From the NCBI GenBank assembly GCA_016179105.1, contig JACOSB010000019.1, positions 4,115-68,114 of the forward strand: a stretch of DNA of 64,000 bases, given 5' to 3'. This document shows positions 28,200-36,914 of this stretch, one piece after another (within the stretch, counting starts at the first letter, position 1; every line of letters begins with the position of its first letter). The DNA is from Candidatus Acetothermia bacterium. Its GTDB lineage: Bacteria; Bipolaricaulota; Bipolaricaulia; RBG-16-55-9; DRXL01. Both the position numbers and the translations under genes were made by a program. The notes below the pieces were generated by a model. The model searched no databases, had not been told where the DNA came from, and saw only the letters and a program-made list of their open reading frames with translations.

Positions 28200-28374
28200 C
28201 GACTTGGTCCCTCTGCCAGGCAAGGCACAGCAGGGTCAACTCCCACACGGCATTGATTCGTTCCTCCGGCGTAAAGTTCTCCCACTCGTGCTCTTCCGGC
28301 AGAGGTTCGCCCTGGCGGATCACTCGGCTGGTGATGTTTTTGCGAAGAGCGGTAGAGTCCATAGGTGTACTCAT
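28147..28374 (-). CDS. Small partner protein of the downstream nucleotidyltransferase (75 aa)
   Basis: Co-oriented; overlaps the NTase start by about 50 nt. No family recognised. Confidence 0.35.
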   Translation of the reverse strand: MSTPMDSTALRKNITSRVIRQGEPLPEEHEWENFTPEERINAVWELTLLCLAWQRDQVDEPRLQRSVSRIQRPGR

Positions 28375-28810
28375 TGTAGCCTAATGTTGCGTGAACTTCC
28401 GCCTTTGTTGAGCTTGATGAGTGCTTCATCCAGAAAGCTACTGAATTCTTTAACTACTGATTGCGCAGGTTTGAATCGAGCGTCTGGAAATCTTCACTCT
28501 TGGTCAAAGAATGAAGCACTTCCGCCAATTTTTCTGGAGGCGTCGTCAACTTGCGCGTCGCTAAGTCCAACCACCCTCCGGTGCTGGTGACACGGGCGAC
28601 TCGTTTGCCGTCTTCTCGGGAGAATTCATTGCGTATGCAAAAGCGTGAGGCATCCTCGCTCAACCCAGCCAGAGTGAGATTCACGCTGACCGTCTCGAGC
28701 AAGTGCATTTCACGAAAGTAGTCAAGCTCGTCCCGTATGATCACTGGGCCGATCTTAAGGCGCTCAAATTCTCTCATCGAGAAACCTTGTTCCGAGAAAT
28801 AGAGCCATCT

Positions 28811-29652
28811 CGGAAATAGAGTAAGATGGAGACATGATCTGGGAAAAACTAGATGCGGATGCGCAGTTGTTTGCTTATGCCACCGGCTGTACTCGCCAGC
28901 GCTTTGACCGACTGGTCAGAGAAGTGGAAGCGGAGCTCGCAGCTCAGCCTTTACGGGGCCGGCCTTGCACCTGGCCTCTGTGGCAACCAATCCTCATCAG
29001 TTTGGTCTACCTGCGCTCGGCTCAACCGATGCAATGGATCGAGTTGACCTTCGGCGTCGACGACAGCTCGGTCTCACGCACTGTGCGCCGGATGCTCAAG
29101 TTGTTCGAGCGAGTGGGGTTCGTGTCGCCTGCACCTCTGCCGGGCTGGTCCCCGGCCCAGATCGTAGATACGACCCTCATCCCCAGCGGACGCCCCCACG
29201 GATGGGAAGCGCAGAAGCCGCTGTACAGCGCCAAACATAAACGACACGGTTACAAAGTGCAGATTCTCGAAGGCGTGGAAGGACGCTGGAGCGCCGTGAC
29301 TAAACCGAGGGTTGCTGCCACCGCCGATGCGACGATCTGGGCGCTAAATCCCAAACCAGTGCAGCCCTGCTATGGAGATCGAGCTTACCCCAAAGCGGAA
29401 GTAATTCGGCCGGCCAAACGCCATGAACCCGGACAAGATCGAGAGCGCGACCGGGTGATCTCGCGCTTGCGGGTGAAAGTGGAGCATCGGATCAAGCATT
29501 TGAAGGACTTTAAGCTGCTACGCGGGTGGCGGTTGAAGCGGCCGGTAGGCACGATCTGGGGAGCCCTCTGTTTGATCTCGGCGCTGTGGAATGGCTAAAG
29601 CCATGTGGGGCGAAGGCCTACGCTCTTCCCAGTCTCAATTACGAGATGGCTC
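28811..29652 (+). mobile_element. IS5-family insertion sequence (842 bp) with 11-bp terminal inverted repeats GAGCCATCTCG and a TA target duplication
   Basis: Left end ...gaaaTA|gagccatctcgg. Right end cgagatggctc|TAatac. Confidence 0.8.
28834..29598 (+). CDS. IS5-family DDE transposase (DDE_Tnp_1)
   Basis: DTTLIPSG...YSAKHKRHGYKVQI...YGDRAY...RVKVEHRIKHLKDFKLL motifs; 254 aa. Confidence 0.8.
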   Translation: MIWEKLDADAQLFAYATGCTRQRFDRLVREVEAELAAQPLRGRPCTWPLWQPILISLVYLRSAQPMQWIELTFGVDDSSVSRTVRRMLKLFERVGFVSPAPLPGWSPAQIVDTTLIPSGRPHGWEAQKPLYSAKHKRHGYKVQILEGVEGRWSAVTKPRVAATADATIWALNPKPVQPCYGDRAYPKAEVIRPAKRHEPGQDRERDRVISRLRVKVEHRIKHLKDFKLLRGWRLKRPVGTIWGALCLISALWNG

Positions 29653-29807
29653 TAATACATCATCCGCACATCGGCAGAGATGTCGAGATACGCTGTGTTT
29701 CTCATGTGGGCGTTGAAATCCATGTCGCCCCATCTGACATGAAATGTCTTTATGTAAGTTGTCATCATGAGATGTCTCCTCCCCGAATGCGTTTATTCCT
29801 AGGCTCT

Positions 29808-30557
29808 CTAAGCATCGCGTGAGTACTGGGCTATCATTTCATCCGCGTACGGCCTGTCGCATTCGTGGTACACGTGAATAAGCTCTGCGACGTTGAAGGG
29901 CACGCGGCGCAACTCTAAACCGACTCTTGTATCATCCGCAGTTAAAACCGCATACTCTGCCCAGGGGTCAACGTGAAAATTATCTTTCGGCTGCTGGTGA
30001 CTATAAGTCAATCCGACGCTGCCCGGATTAAAGAAGAAGCTGTCCCCAATGCGCCGTATCTGTTGCAGATGCGTATGCCCGCCTGTGAGTATCTGTGAAG
30101 CGAATGATCCCAGAAAGCGTTGAAATTCTTCTTCGGATGTATGAGGAAGGATGATGTCATCGTAAGAGGTCGGCGAACCATGAAAGCAAAGCAGACTGTG
30201 CTCTTGATCCAATGGGAGGGTCACTGTAGGCTGGAATCGGCCAATGAATGCACGGTCATCCGCTGAAAGCTGCGCGAGCGACCATGCGCGGATCTCATCC
30301 ATTTTGCGGCGTCGTTCAGGAGGAATCTGTTCTTTGCCCGTCTCTTCTCCGGTCAGCAACCATGCGTCGGCGTTTCCCATGATGACCGGACATGCCAGCG
30401 CGCGCAGGCGGCTGACTACTTCTGCTGGCTGAGGCCCGCCTTGAACCGCGTCGCCGAGGCATACAATTTGGTCAGTCGGATCTCGTCGCAGGTCAGCAAG
30501 CACCGTATCAAAAGCAACACAGTTACCATGTATATCTGAGATGATAGCGACTCGCAT
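29808..30557 (-). CDS. Metallophosphoesterase (calcineurin-like phosphoesterase)
   Basis: MRVAIISDIHGN...GD...GNAD...GHTH motif series. Confidence 0.75.
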   Translation of the reverse strand: MRVAIISDIHGNCVAFDTVLADLRRDPTDQIVCLGDAVQGGPQPAEVVSRLRALACPVIMGNADAWLLTGEETGKEQIPPERRRKMDEIRAWSLAQLSADDRAFIGRFQPTVTLPLDQEHSLLCFHGSPTSYDDIILPHTSEEEFQRFLGSFASQILTGGHTHLQQIRRIGDSFFFNPGSVGLTYSHQQPKDNFHVDPWAEYAVLTADDTRVGLELRRVPFNVAELIHVYHECDRPYADEMIAQYSRDA

Positions 30558-30747
30558 GGTGTATTATTCTTCACGCTACCTTACCTAAAGTTCGCCGACC
30601 TCGTCAAGCACGTCTTTTCTTCACAAGCGATCCATTGAAGTCTTTACATAAGGCTTGACTTAGAGTACGCTCTAAAAGAAGAATCTGAAGACGATCGAAC
30701 TCAAGATCACCAAGACAACGCCAAACAAAACAAATAGGAGGAAGACG

Positions 30748-31728
30748 ATGCAATATGTGAATCTGGGTCGCACTGGGCTGAAAGTCTCACGAATCTGCCT
30801 GGGGACAATGACCTATGGCAGCTCGAAATGGCGGCCGTGGGTGCTCGATGAAGCAGCGAGCCGACTGTTTTTCAAACGGGCGCTCGAACTGGGCATCAAT
30901 TTTTTCGATACGGCGGATATGTACTCCCAGGGCGCAAGCGAGGAGGTCACCGGACGTGCACTTCGCGATTTTGCCCGCCGCGAGGACGTGATCATCGCGA
31001 CCAAAGTGTTCCACCCCATGAGCAATGACCCGAACAATCGAGGGCTTTCGCGCAAGCACATCATGGATGCAATCGACGCGTCCTTACGTCGCCTCGGCAC
31101 TGATTACGTCGATCTATACCAGATCCACCGCTGGGATTACGAGACCCCCATAGACGAGACGATGAAAGCACTGCACGACATCGTCAAGTCGGGAAAAGCC
31201 CGTTACATTGGCGCTTCGAGCATGTACGCGTGGCAATTCGCGAAAGCGCTTTACACAGCCGACCTGCATCGCTGGACACGCTTCGTTGCGATGCAGAATC
31301 ATTACAACCTGGTCTATCGCGAGGAAGAGCGGGAGATGATTCCATTATGCCGAGCCGAGGGAATCGGGCTGATGCCTTGGAGTCCGCTTGCGCGTGGCTT
31401 TCTGACGGGTAGTCGGGCGCGCGAAGACTGGGGGGAGACCTCGCGAGCGAAGAGCGATGATATTGCTCAGCACATGTATTATCAAGAAGGCGATTTCGCC
31501 GTCGTGGATAGAGTGGCCAGTCTTGCGAAGCGTCTCGAGGTCGCGCCCGCCCAAATCGCATTGGCTTGGGTCTTGCACAAACCGTGGATGACTTCTCCCA
31601 TCATCGGAGCGAGCAAGATGACACATTTGGAACAAGCGATAGCAGCCCTGGAGATTACGCTGGCTAAAGAAGATGTGGCTTACTTAGAAGAGCCATATCA
31701 GCCGCATCCGATTCTAGGGCATAGCTGA
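30748..31728 (+). CDS. Aldo/keto reductase family oxidoreductase
   Basis: MQYVNLGRTGLKVSRICLGTMTYG, ...IDTADMY..., ...IGASS.... Confidence 0.85.
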   Translation: MQYVNLGRTGLKVSRICLGTMTYGSSKWRPWVLDEAASRLFFKRALELGINFFDTADMYSQGASEEVTGRALRDFARREDVIIATKVFHPMSNDPNNRGLSRKHIMDAIDASLRRLGTDYVDLYQIHRWDYETPIDETMKALHDIVKSGKARYIGASSMYAWQFAKALYTADLHRWTRFVAMQNHYNLVYREEEREMIPLCRAEGIGLMPWSPLARGFLTGSRAREDWGETSRAKSDDIAQHMYYQEGDFAVVDRVASLAKRLEVAPAQIALAWVLHKPWMTSPIIGASKMTHLEQAIAALEITLAKEDVAYLEEPYQPHPILGHS

Positions 31729-31735
31729 TTTGGAG

Positions 31736-32071
31736 TTAGTGACTCTTTGCCCCTTCTAAGCTCTCGATCCTGGACTCACGTACGTAGAGAAAGAGAGGTA
31801 AGGCACACGAGAGCCCGACCGTCAGCAACACCACGAGATAGAGCCAGCGCTTGCCGATGGTGTATCGGGTGGCCTCCTGACGCAGATAGAAAGCAAACAC
31901 CACGCACGAAATGAGTAAATCGGCGGCGAAGAAGGTGGAGATCGGCGTAGCGAAAAGCTGCTGGAAGAATAGCCTGAAATCAAGACCGTTCGCTACCAAA
32001 AACGAAACAAAGTAATAGTAAGGTACCACAAAACCAGCGACCGCTAATATCAGATACACTTTCTTTCTCAT
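31736..32071 (-). CDS. Small integral membrane protein (about 4 TM), function unknown
   Basis: Hydrophobicity pattern only. Confidence 0.45.
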   Translation of the reverse strand: MRKKVYLILAVAGFVVPYYYFVSFLVANGLDFRLFFQQLFATPISTFFAADLLISCVVFAFYLRQEATRYTIGKRWLYLVVLLTVGLSCALPLFLYVRESRIESLEGAKSH

Positions 32072-32221
32072 ACTTCTCCCTCCATAGCTTAGCTTTTTTC
32101 GGATAATGTCTAACAGATGTTGAACTGCGTCCGGTCAATCTTTGCCAATTCCTTCATGGGCGTGATATTATACGCCGTCACCCAGAGCAGAGCCATTGCA
32201 CTCGACTCACGGAGGCATCTT

Positions 32222-33664
32222 ATGAAAACTTCTCTTTCTCACGGCTCAGTACAAAAAATTGCAGCACGCTTGCAGCAAGCCAATACGGCCTTCACGCAAC
32301 GCTATCCGGGAGAATCCGGCCGCCGCCAGCCCGTTCACACCGTCTACGGCGGCGCGCATCTTTTCAAGTCAGGAACCGCTCAACGCCTCGGCGCAATGGC
32401 ACGCCAGGCATTTGCTGAATACGCTCCCAATTTCGTGACCTTGGCAAAAGCCGTGGACCTTCCTGGCTCTGAAACTTTGCCAGATAAACCCTCACAGATT
32501 TCAGAGCTGGCTACGCGCCTGAGCAAAACACCTGACACTGTGAAACGCGAAAACTATCCGGCTTGGTTTGCCCATGCTGTTTACTCCCGTGTTCAAGAAA
32601 AATTGAATCGCGAACCAGTCGAGGATTTTCGCATTGATTTTGAAGACGGCTACGGCAATCGCCCTGATACCGAAGAAGATGGTCACGCCGTCGCCGCAGC
32701 CAGTGAAGTTGCTAAGGGAATGAGAGAAAATACGCTGCCTCCTTTTATCGGCATCCGCATCAAGCCGTTTACTGAAGAGCTGAAAGCGCGCAGCATCCGC
32801 ACACTCGATCTCTTCGTGACTGCGCTTCTCGAACAGACTAGCGGCCATCTGCCAGCGAACTTTGTCATCACGTTGCCGAAAGTCGTGATGCCCGAACAGG
32901 TCGCAGCGCTCGCTGATCTGTTTGACTTATTCGAGAAGCAAACAGGTCTTGCACGAGACACGCTTCGGATGGAGATGATGATTGAGACGACACAAGCGAT
33001 CATCAATGAGCGTGGAGAGACGAACTTGCCACGTCTACTCGATGCCGCACGGGGCCGCTGCGTTGCCGCGCATTTCGGCACGTACGATTACACAGCCAGC
33101 TATAGCATCACTGCCGCGTATCAACACATGATGCATCCCGCCTGCGATTTCGCCAAGCATATGATGAAGGTCGCGTTTGCGGGAACGGGCCTTTGGCTTT
33201 CTGATGGCGCGACGAACATCATGCCCATCGCGCCGCATCGCGCAAGCGAGGGCAAGCCACTGACGCCGGAGCAAATTTCTGCGAACCGCGCGGTCGTTCA
33301 TCAAGCCTGGAAGCTGCATTACGATCACATTCGGCATTCGCTCATCAATGCGTTCTACCAAGGCTGGGACTTGCATCCGGCGCAGCTACCGACGCGCTAT
33401 ACTGCTGTCTACTCGTTCTTTCTCGAAAATCTGGATGCCGCCTCTGAGCGCTTGCGAAACTTTGTGGCTAAAGCGGCGCAAGCGACGTTAGTGGGAGATG
33501 TCTTCGATGATGCCGCCACAGGGCAAGGACTGCTCAACTACTTCTTGCGCGCGATCAACTGTGGGGCCATTACAGAAGAAGAAGCCGGCGCACTGACCAG
33601 TTTGACCTTGGAAGAATTGCGCTCACGATCGTTCGTGAGCATTCTGAAGAAGAGACAGAAGTGA
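32222..33664 (+). CDS. Uncharacterised TIM-barrel-like protein (malate synthase / HpcH-HpaI aldolase-like motifs)
   Basis: ORF 32117..33664; start MKTSLSHG after GGAGG. Contains IDFEDGYG and ITLPKVVMPEQV motifs. Immediately upstream of the 8-oxoguanine deaminase. Confidence 0.35.
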   Translation: MKTSLSHGSVQKIAARLQQANTAFTQRYPGESGRRQPVHTVYGGAHLFKSGTAQRLGAMARQAFAEYAPNFVTLAKAVDLPGSETLPDKPSQISELATRLSKTPDTVKRENYPAWFAHAVYSRVQEKLNREPVEDFRIDFEDGYGNRPDTEEDGHAVAAASEVAKGMRENTLPPFIGIRIKPFTEELKARSIRTLDLFVTALLEQTSGHLPANFVITLPKVVMPEQVAALADLFDLFEKQTGLARDTLRMEMMIETTQAIINERGETNLPRLLDAARGRCVAAHFGTYDYTASYSITAAYQHMMHPACDFAKHMMKVAFAGTGLWLSDGATNIMPIAPHRASEGKPLTPEQISANRAVVHQAWKLHYDHIRHSLINAFYQGWDLHPAQLPTRYTAVYSFFLENLDAASERLRNFVAKAAQATLVGDVFDDAATGQGLLNYFLRAINCGAITEEEAGALTSLTLEELRSRSFVSILKKRQK

Positions 33665-33665
33665 T

Positions 33666-35054
33666 ATGGGACAGAAGACATCTCAACAAACAAAGCAAGA
33701 AAAGACCCTTCTCATCAAAGATTTGGATGCTCTGGTCGATCTCTCGACCCTCGAAGGGTATGTTCGTAAAGCGAGCATTCTCATCCGCGGCAATCGCATC
33801 GCGAAAGTGTATGCGAGCGAACTGCCTCATGTGAAAGCAGATCAGACCATCAATGGTCGAGGCAAGATCGCCATCCCCGGCTTGATCAACACGCACCATC
33901 ACTTGTATCAAACACTAACACGCGCTTATGCACCCGCGATGAACTCCGGGCTCTTTGATTGGCTCATAAAACTTTATCCCGTCTGGGCCAAGATGGACGA
34001 AGACGCGATCTACTGGGCGACGCTCGCAGGCATGGCTGAGTTGATGCTCTCCGGCTGTACGTTGACCACAGATCATCATTATGTTTTTTCTGGCTCACTC
34101 CAGCGTTGCATCGACATTCAGATCGAAGCAGCTCGTGAGATCGGGATTCGCTTTCACCCCTGTCGTGGGAGCATGAGCCTGGGGAAGAGCAAGGGCGGGC
34201 TGCCTCCGGACGTAATCACACAACCCGATGACGAGATTTTGAAAGACTCCGAACGATTGATAAAAGAATATCACGATGCTTTATTTGGAGCGATGACGCG
34301 TATCGCATTGGCTCCTTGCTCGCCCTTTAGCGTGACGAGAGAGCTGATGCGAGAGACAGCGACGCTCGCAAAAAAACATAGCGTTCGTCTACATACGCAT
34401 CTGGCTGAAACGCAAGATGAAGAGAAATTTTGCGAAGAAAAATTTGGTTGTAGCCCACTCGAATACTTGGAAGAACTGAAGTGGAGCGGGCCGAACACCT
34501 GGCTCGCCCACGGAATCTATTTTAACTCTGAAGAAATTCAACGGATGAGCCGAGCGGGCATGAGCGTCGCGCACTGCCCAACCTCCAATATGCGCCTGGG
34601 TTCCGGCGTTGCGAAAGTTTTAGAGATGCGTCGAAAGGGAGTGAATGTCGGCCTAGCCGTCGACGGAAGTGCCTCGAATGATTCTTCGAATATGCTCGTT
34701 GAAGTCAAGCAAGCGCTCTTACTGCAACGGGTTGTACATGGGCCGAGCGCGCTCTTGGCGAAAGAAGCGATAGAGCTGGCAACGATTGGGAGCGCAAAGT
34801 GTTTGGGCCGGGAAGACGTTGGCACGCTTGCCGAAAGCATGGCTGCCGACATAGCTCTGTTTGATCTGGAAGAGCTGGGGTACTCCGGAGGATGCGATCC
34901 GCTGGGCACACTCGTGCTCTGCGGGCCGACCTCTGTGCATACTCTGATTGTGAATGGAAAAGTTGTCATCAAGAATCATGAGCTGCTAACATTCGACGTT
35001 GAAAGAATTGTGCGCAAGCACCGAGCCGCTTCCGCAAAATTGTTTCGCGCTTGA
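33666..35054 (+). CDS. 8-oxoguanine deaminase-like amidohydrolase (guanine/8-oxoguanine -> xanthine/urate)
   Basis: INTHHHLYQTL, HLAET, HCPTSN and AVDGSASND metal-binding motifs of the cytosine/guanine deaminase amidohydrolase clade. Confidence 0.7.
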   Translation: MGQKTSQQTKQEKTLLIKDLDALVDLSTLEGYVRKASILIRGNRIAKVYASELPHVKADQTINGRGKIAIPGLINTHHHLYQTLTRAYAPAMNSGLFDWLIKLYPVWAKMDEDAIYWATLAGMAELMLSGCTLTTDHHYVFSGSLQRCIDIQIEAAREIGIRFHPCRGSMSLGKSKGGLPPDVITQPDDEILKDSERLIKEYHDALFGAMTRIALAPCSPFSVTRELMRETATLAKKHSVRLHTHLAETQDEEKFCEEKFGCSPLEYLEELKWSGPNTWLAHGIYFNSEEIQRMSRAGMSVAHCPTSNMRLGSGVAKVLEMRRKGVNVGLAVDGSASNDSSNMLVEVKQALLLQRVVHGPSALLAKEAIELATIGSAKCLGREDVGTLAESMAADIALFDLEELGYSGGCDPLGTLVLCGPTSVHTLIVNGKVVIKNHELLTFDVERIVRKHRAASAKLFRA

Positions 35055-35103
35055 ACGAAATTGGTGTACACTGCATTATTTTATCGACTGAGGAGATTTC
35101 ACA

Positions 35104-35547
35104 ATGCTTGAACAGTATTGGCCAATCTTATTGGCTGCCCTCGTTGGATTTGCGATCACCACACAAGCCTCATTCAACACCCTGCTCTCGCGCCATATCG
35201 GCTCAGCCGAGATGGGATTTGCCATTCACTTAGTTGGCATTACGTTGATCTTGATCGTCCTGTTGCTGGGATTCGGGCGAGGCGATTGGTCCAAATGGTC
35301 ACAGGCTCCGTGGTACGCGTATCTCGGGGGAGCGCTCGGGGTCTTCATCGTTCTCTCGATTCCCTTCGTGCTCACGAAGATTGGGACATCTGTAGGGTTC
35401 GCGGCGATTCTTGCGGCTCAACTTGTCATGGCTGCCGTCGTCGATCAGTGGGGGCTCTTTGGGTTTGCGTCCAATCCGATCACGCCGACTCGTGCGATCG
35501 GCTTGCTCTTGCTCATCGCCGGAGTGATACTCGCGAGCCGTCAATGA
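35104..35547 (+). CDS. DMT-superfamily small transporter (DUF606 / YdcZ family)
   Basis: 147 aa, about 5 TM; sequence pattern typical of DUF606. Confidence 0.6.
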   Translation: MLEQYWPILLAALVGFAITTQASFNTLLSRHIGSAEMGFAIHLVGITLILIVLLLGFGRGDWSKWSQAPWYAYLGGALGVFIVLSIPFVLTKIGTSVGFAAILAAQLVMAAVVDQWGLFGFASNPITPTRAIGLLLLIAGVILASRQ

Positions 35548-35581
35548 TTGACAGAAAAAGCTACGCTCTTGGTGTATAATT
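35548..35581 (+). promoter_or_regulatory. Sigma70-like promoter TTGACA-N17-TGTATAAT upstream of yceD
   Basis: ttgacagaaaaagctacgctcttggtgtataat. Confidence 0.5.
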
Positions 35582-35774
35582 AAAAATGTCAGGCTTAAGA
35601 TATCTGCAGCAAGGAAAGAGATTTTTATGAAACCATCTGCAGAAGAGCAAGAGGAGCCATTACGTCGCTCGCATAGTGAGTGGGTTTCCTTCCCGAATCG
35701 GGCGCAAACGCATCACGAAAAAACTGCTCTGGCAAGTACTATGACGATACAGGGCGCTTAGCCCTTAAGATAGG

Positions 35775-36308
35775 GTGATTGTTATGCTGTTACTCAAGGT
35801 CAAAGAACTAAAAGCAATGCCGGGGCGAGCCGTGCCCGTCGAGGGCAGGACAGAACCAAAACATATTTCATACCTGGGACGCGAACTACCCCTGAAAGAC
35901 CCCATCTTTCTCAAAGCCAAGGCTGTCTACCAGAAAGATGGCACGATCGAACTTTCTTCAGTCGACGTGCGCGCGACCGTGATCGACGAGTGCAGCCGCT
36001 GTTTGAAAGAATTGACCTCGCCCATCACCGCGCAATACGAGCTGCTGGAGTTCGAGCCGGAAAAATCTGAAATCCCTTCGCTCGAAGAAGATGCGTTCAC
36101 CTATCCCACGGGAGCGAATGAGATCGACTTGCTCCCGTATATGATCGGTCTCATCGTGAGCGAGCTGGAGGTAAAACCCTTGTGCAAGCCTGATTGCAAA
36201 GGGCTATGCCATCACTGCGGGCACGACTTGAACGAAGGCCCCTGCGTTTGCCCCAAGGAAGACGATGGCGATCCTCGGCTCAAAGTGCTCAAGAAATTGC
36301 TCAACTGA
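35775..36308 (+). CDS. yceD: YceD/DUF177 family protein (large-subunit rRNA maturation associated)
   Basis: C-terminal CxxC...CxxC (CKPDCKGLCHHCGHDLNEGPCVC) and overall DUF177 pattern. Confidence 0.7.
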   Translation: MIVMLLLKVKELKAMPGRAVPVEGRTEPKHISYLGRELPLKDPIFLKAKAVYQKDGTIELSSVDVRATVIDECSRCLKELTSPITAQYELLEFEPEKSEIPSLEEDAFTYPTGANEIDLLPYMIGLIVSELEVKPLCKPDCKGLCHHCGHDLNEGPCVCPKEDDGDPRLKVLKKLLN

Positions 36309-36407
36309 AGCAATCGACGTTTTTAGAGTAAAATTCCAGTTGTCATTCTGAGCGCAGCGAAGAATCTTCAGCCTTTGGCTCAGGGTGATAGAGTAGAGGA
36401 GAAAGAA

Positions 36408-36914
36408 ATGCGTGTGCTTGGAGTCGATCCAGGCTTAGCGACAACCGGCTACGCGGTCATCGAGTGGAAGCCCGGAAGCTTCACAAATTTCACGATCATG
36501 GAAGCCGGAGTCATAACTACGCCGGCCGGTGAAGAGTTGTCCACGCGCTTGCACACTCTCTACACGGAGCTGCGGGCGTTGATTGGCGAACTGAAGCCCG
36601 ACACCATAGCGATCGAGACGCTCATCTTTAATCAAAATCGAACGACGGCGATCGACGTCGCGCAGGCGCGCGGCGTGATCTTGCTCGCCGCGCACGAGTT
36701 GCCCGTGAAGATTTACACGCCTCTGCAAGTGAAGCATCGCATCACGGGCTACGGTCGCGCGAAGAAACCGCAAGTCCAACGGATGATGCAACAAAGATTA
36801 AAACTTAAAGAAATTCCGAGACCCGATGACGCGGCCGACGCGCTCGCGATCGCCTGGTGCTACGTCCTGGAGGCAGGACTCAATGGAGCAAGCACAAAAT
36901 CAATGGCGCGATGA
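36408..36914 (+). CDS. ruvC: Holliday junction resolvase RuvC
   Basis: MRVLGVDPGLATTGYAVIE...; catalytic D/E positions conserved. ORF 36375..36914. Confidence 0.85.
   Translation: MRVLGVDPGLATTGYAVIEWKPGSFTNFTIMEAGVITTPAGEELSTRLHTLYTELRALIGELKPDTIAIETLIFNQNRTTAIDVAQARGVILLAAHELPVKIYTPLQVKHRITGYGRAKKPQVQRMMQQRLKLKEIPRPDDAADALAIAWCYVLEAGLNGASTKSMAR

Larger units (their letters stand above)
28454..29767 (-). pseudogene. Hotdog-fold acyl-CoA thioesterase (YbgC/4HBT-like) split by an IS insertion
   Basis: N-terminal exon 29655-29767 (MMTTYIKTFHVRWGDMDFNAHMRNTAYLDISADVRMMY, with GGAGG RBS). C-terminal part 28454-28808 (FSEQGFSMREFERLKIGPVIIRDELDYF...). The two join in frame across the IS. Confidence 0.75.
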
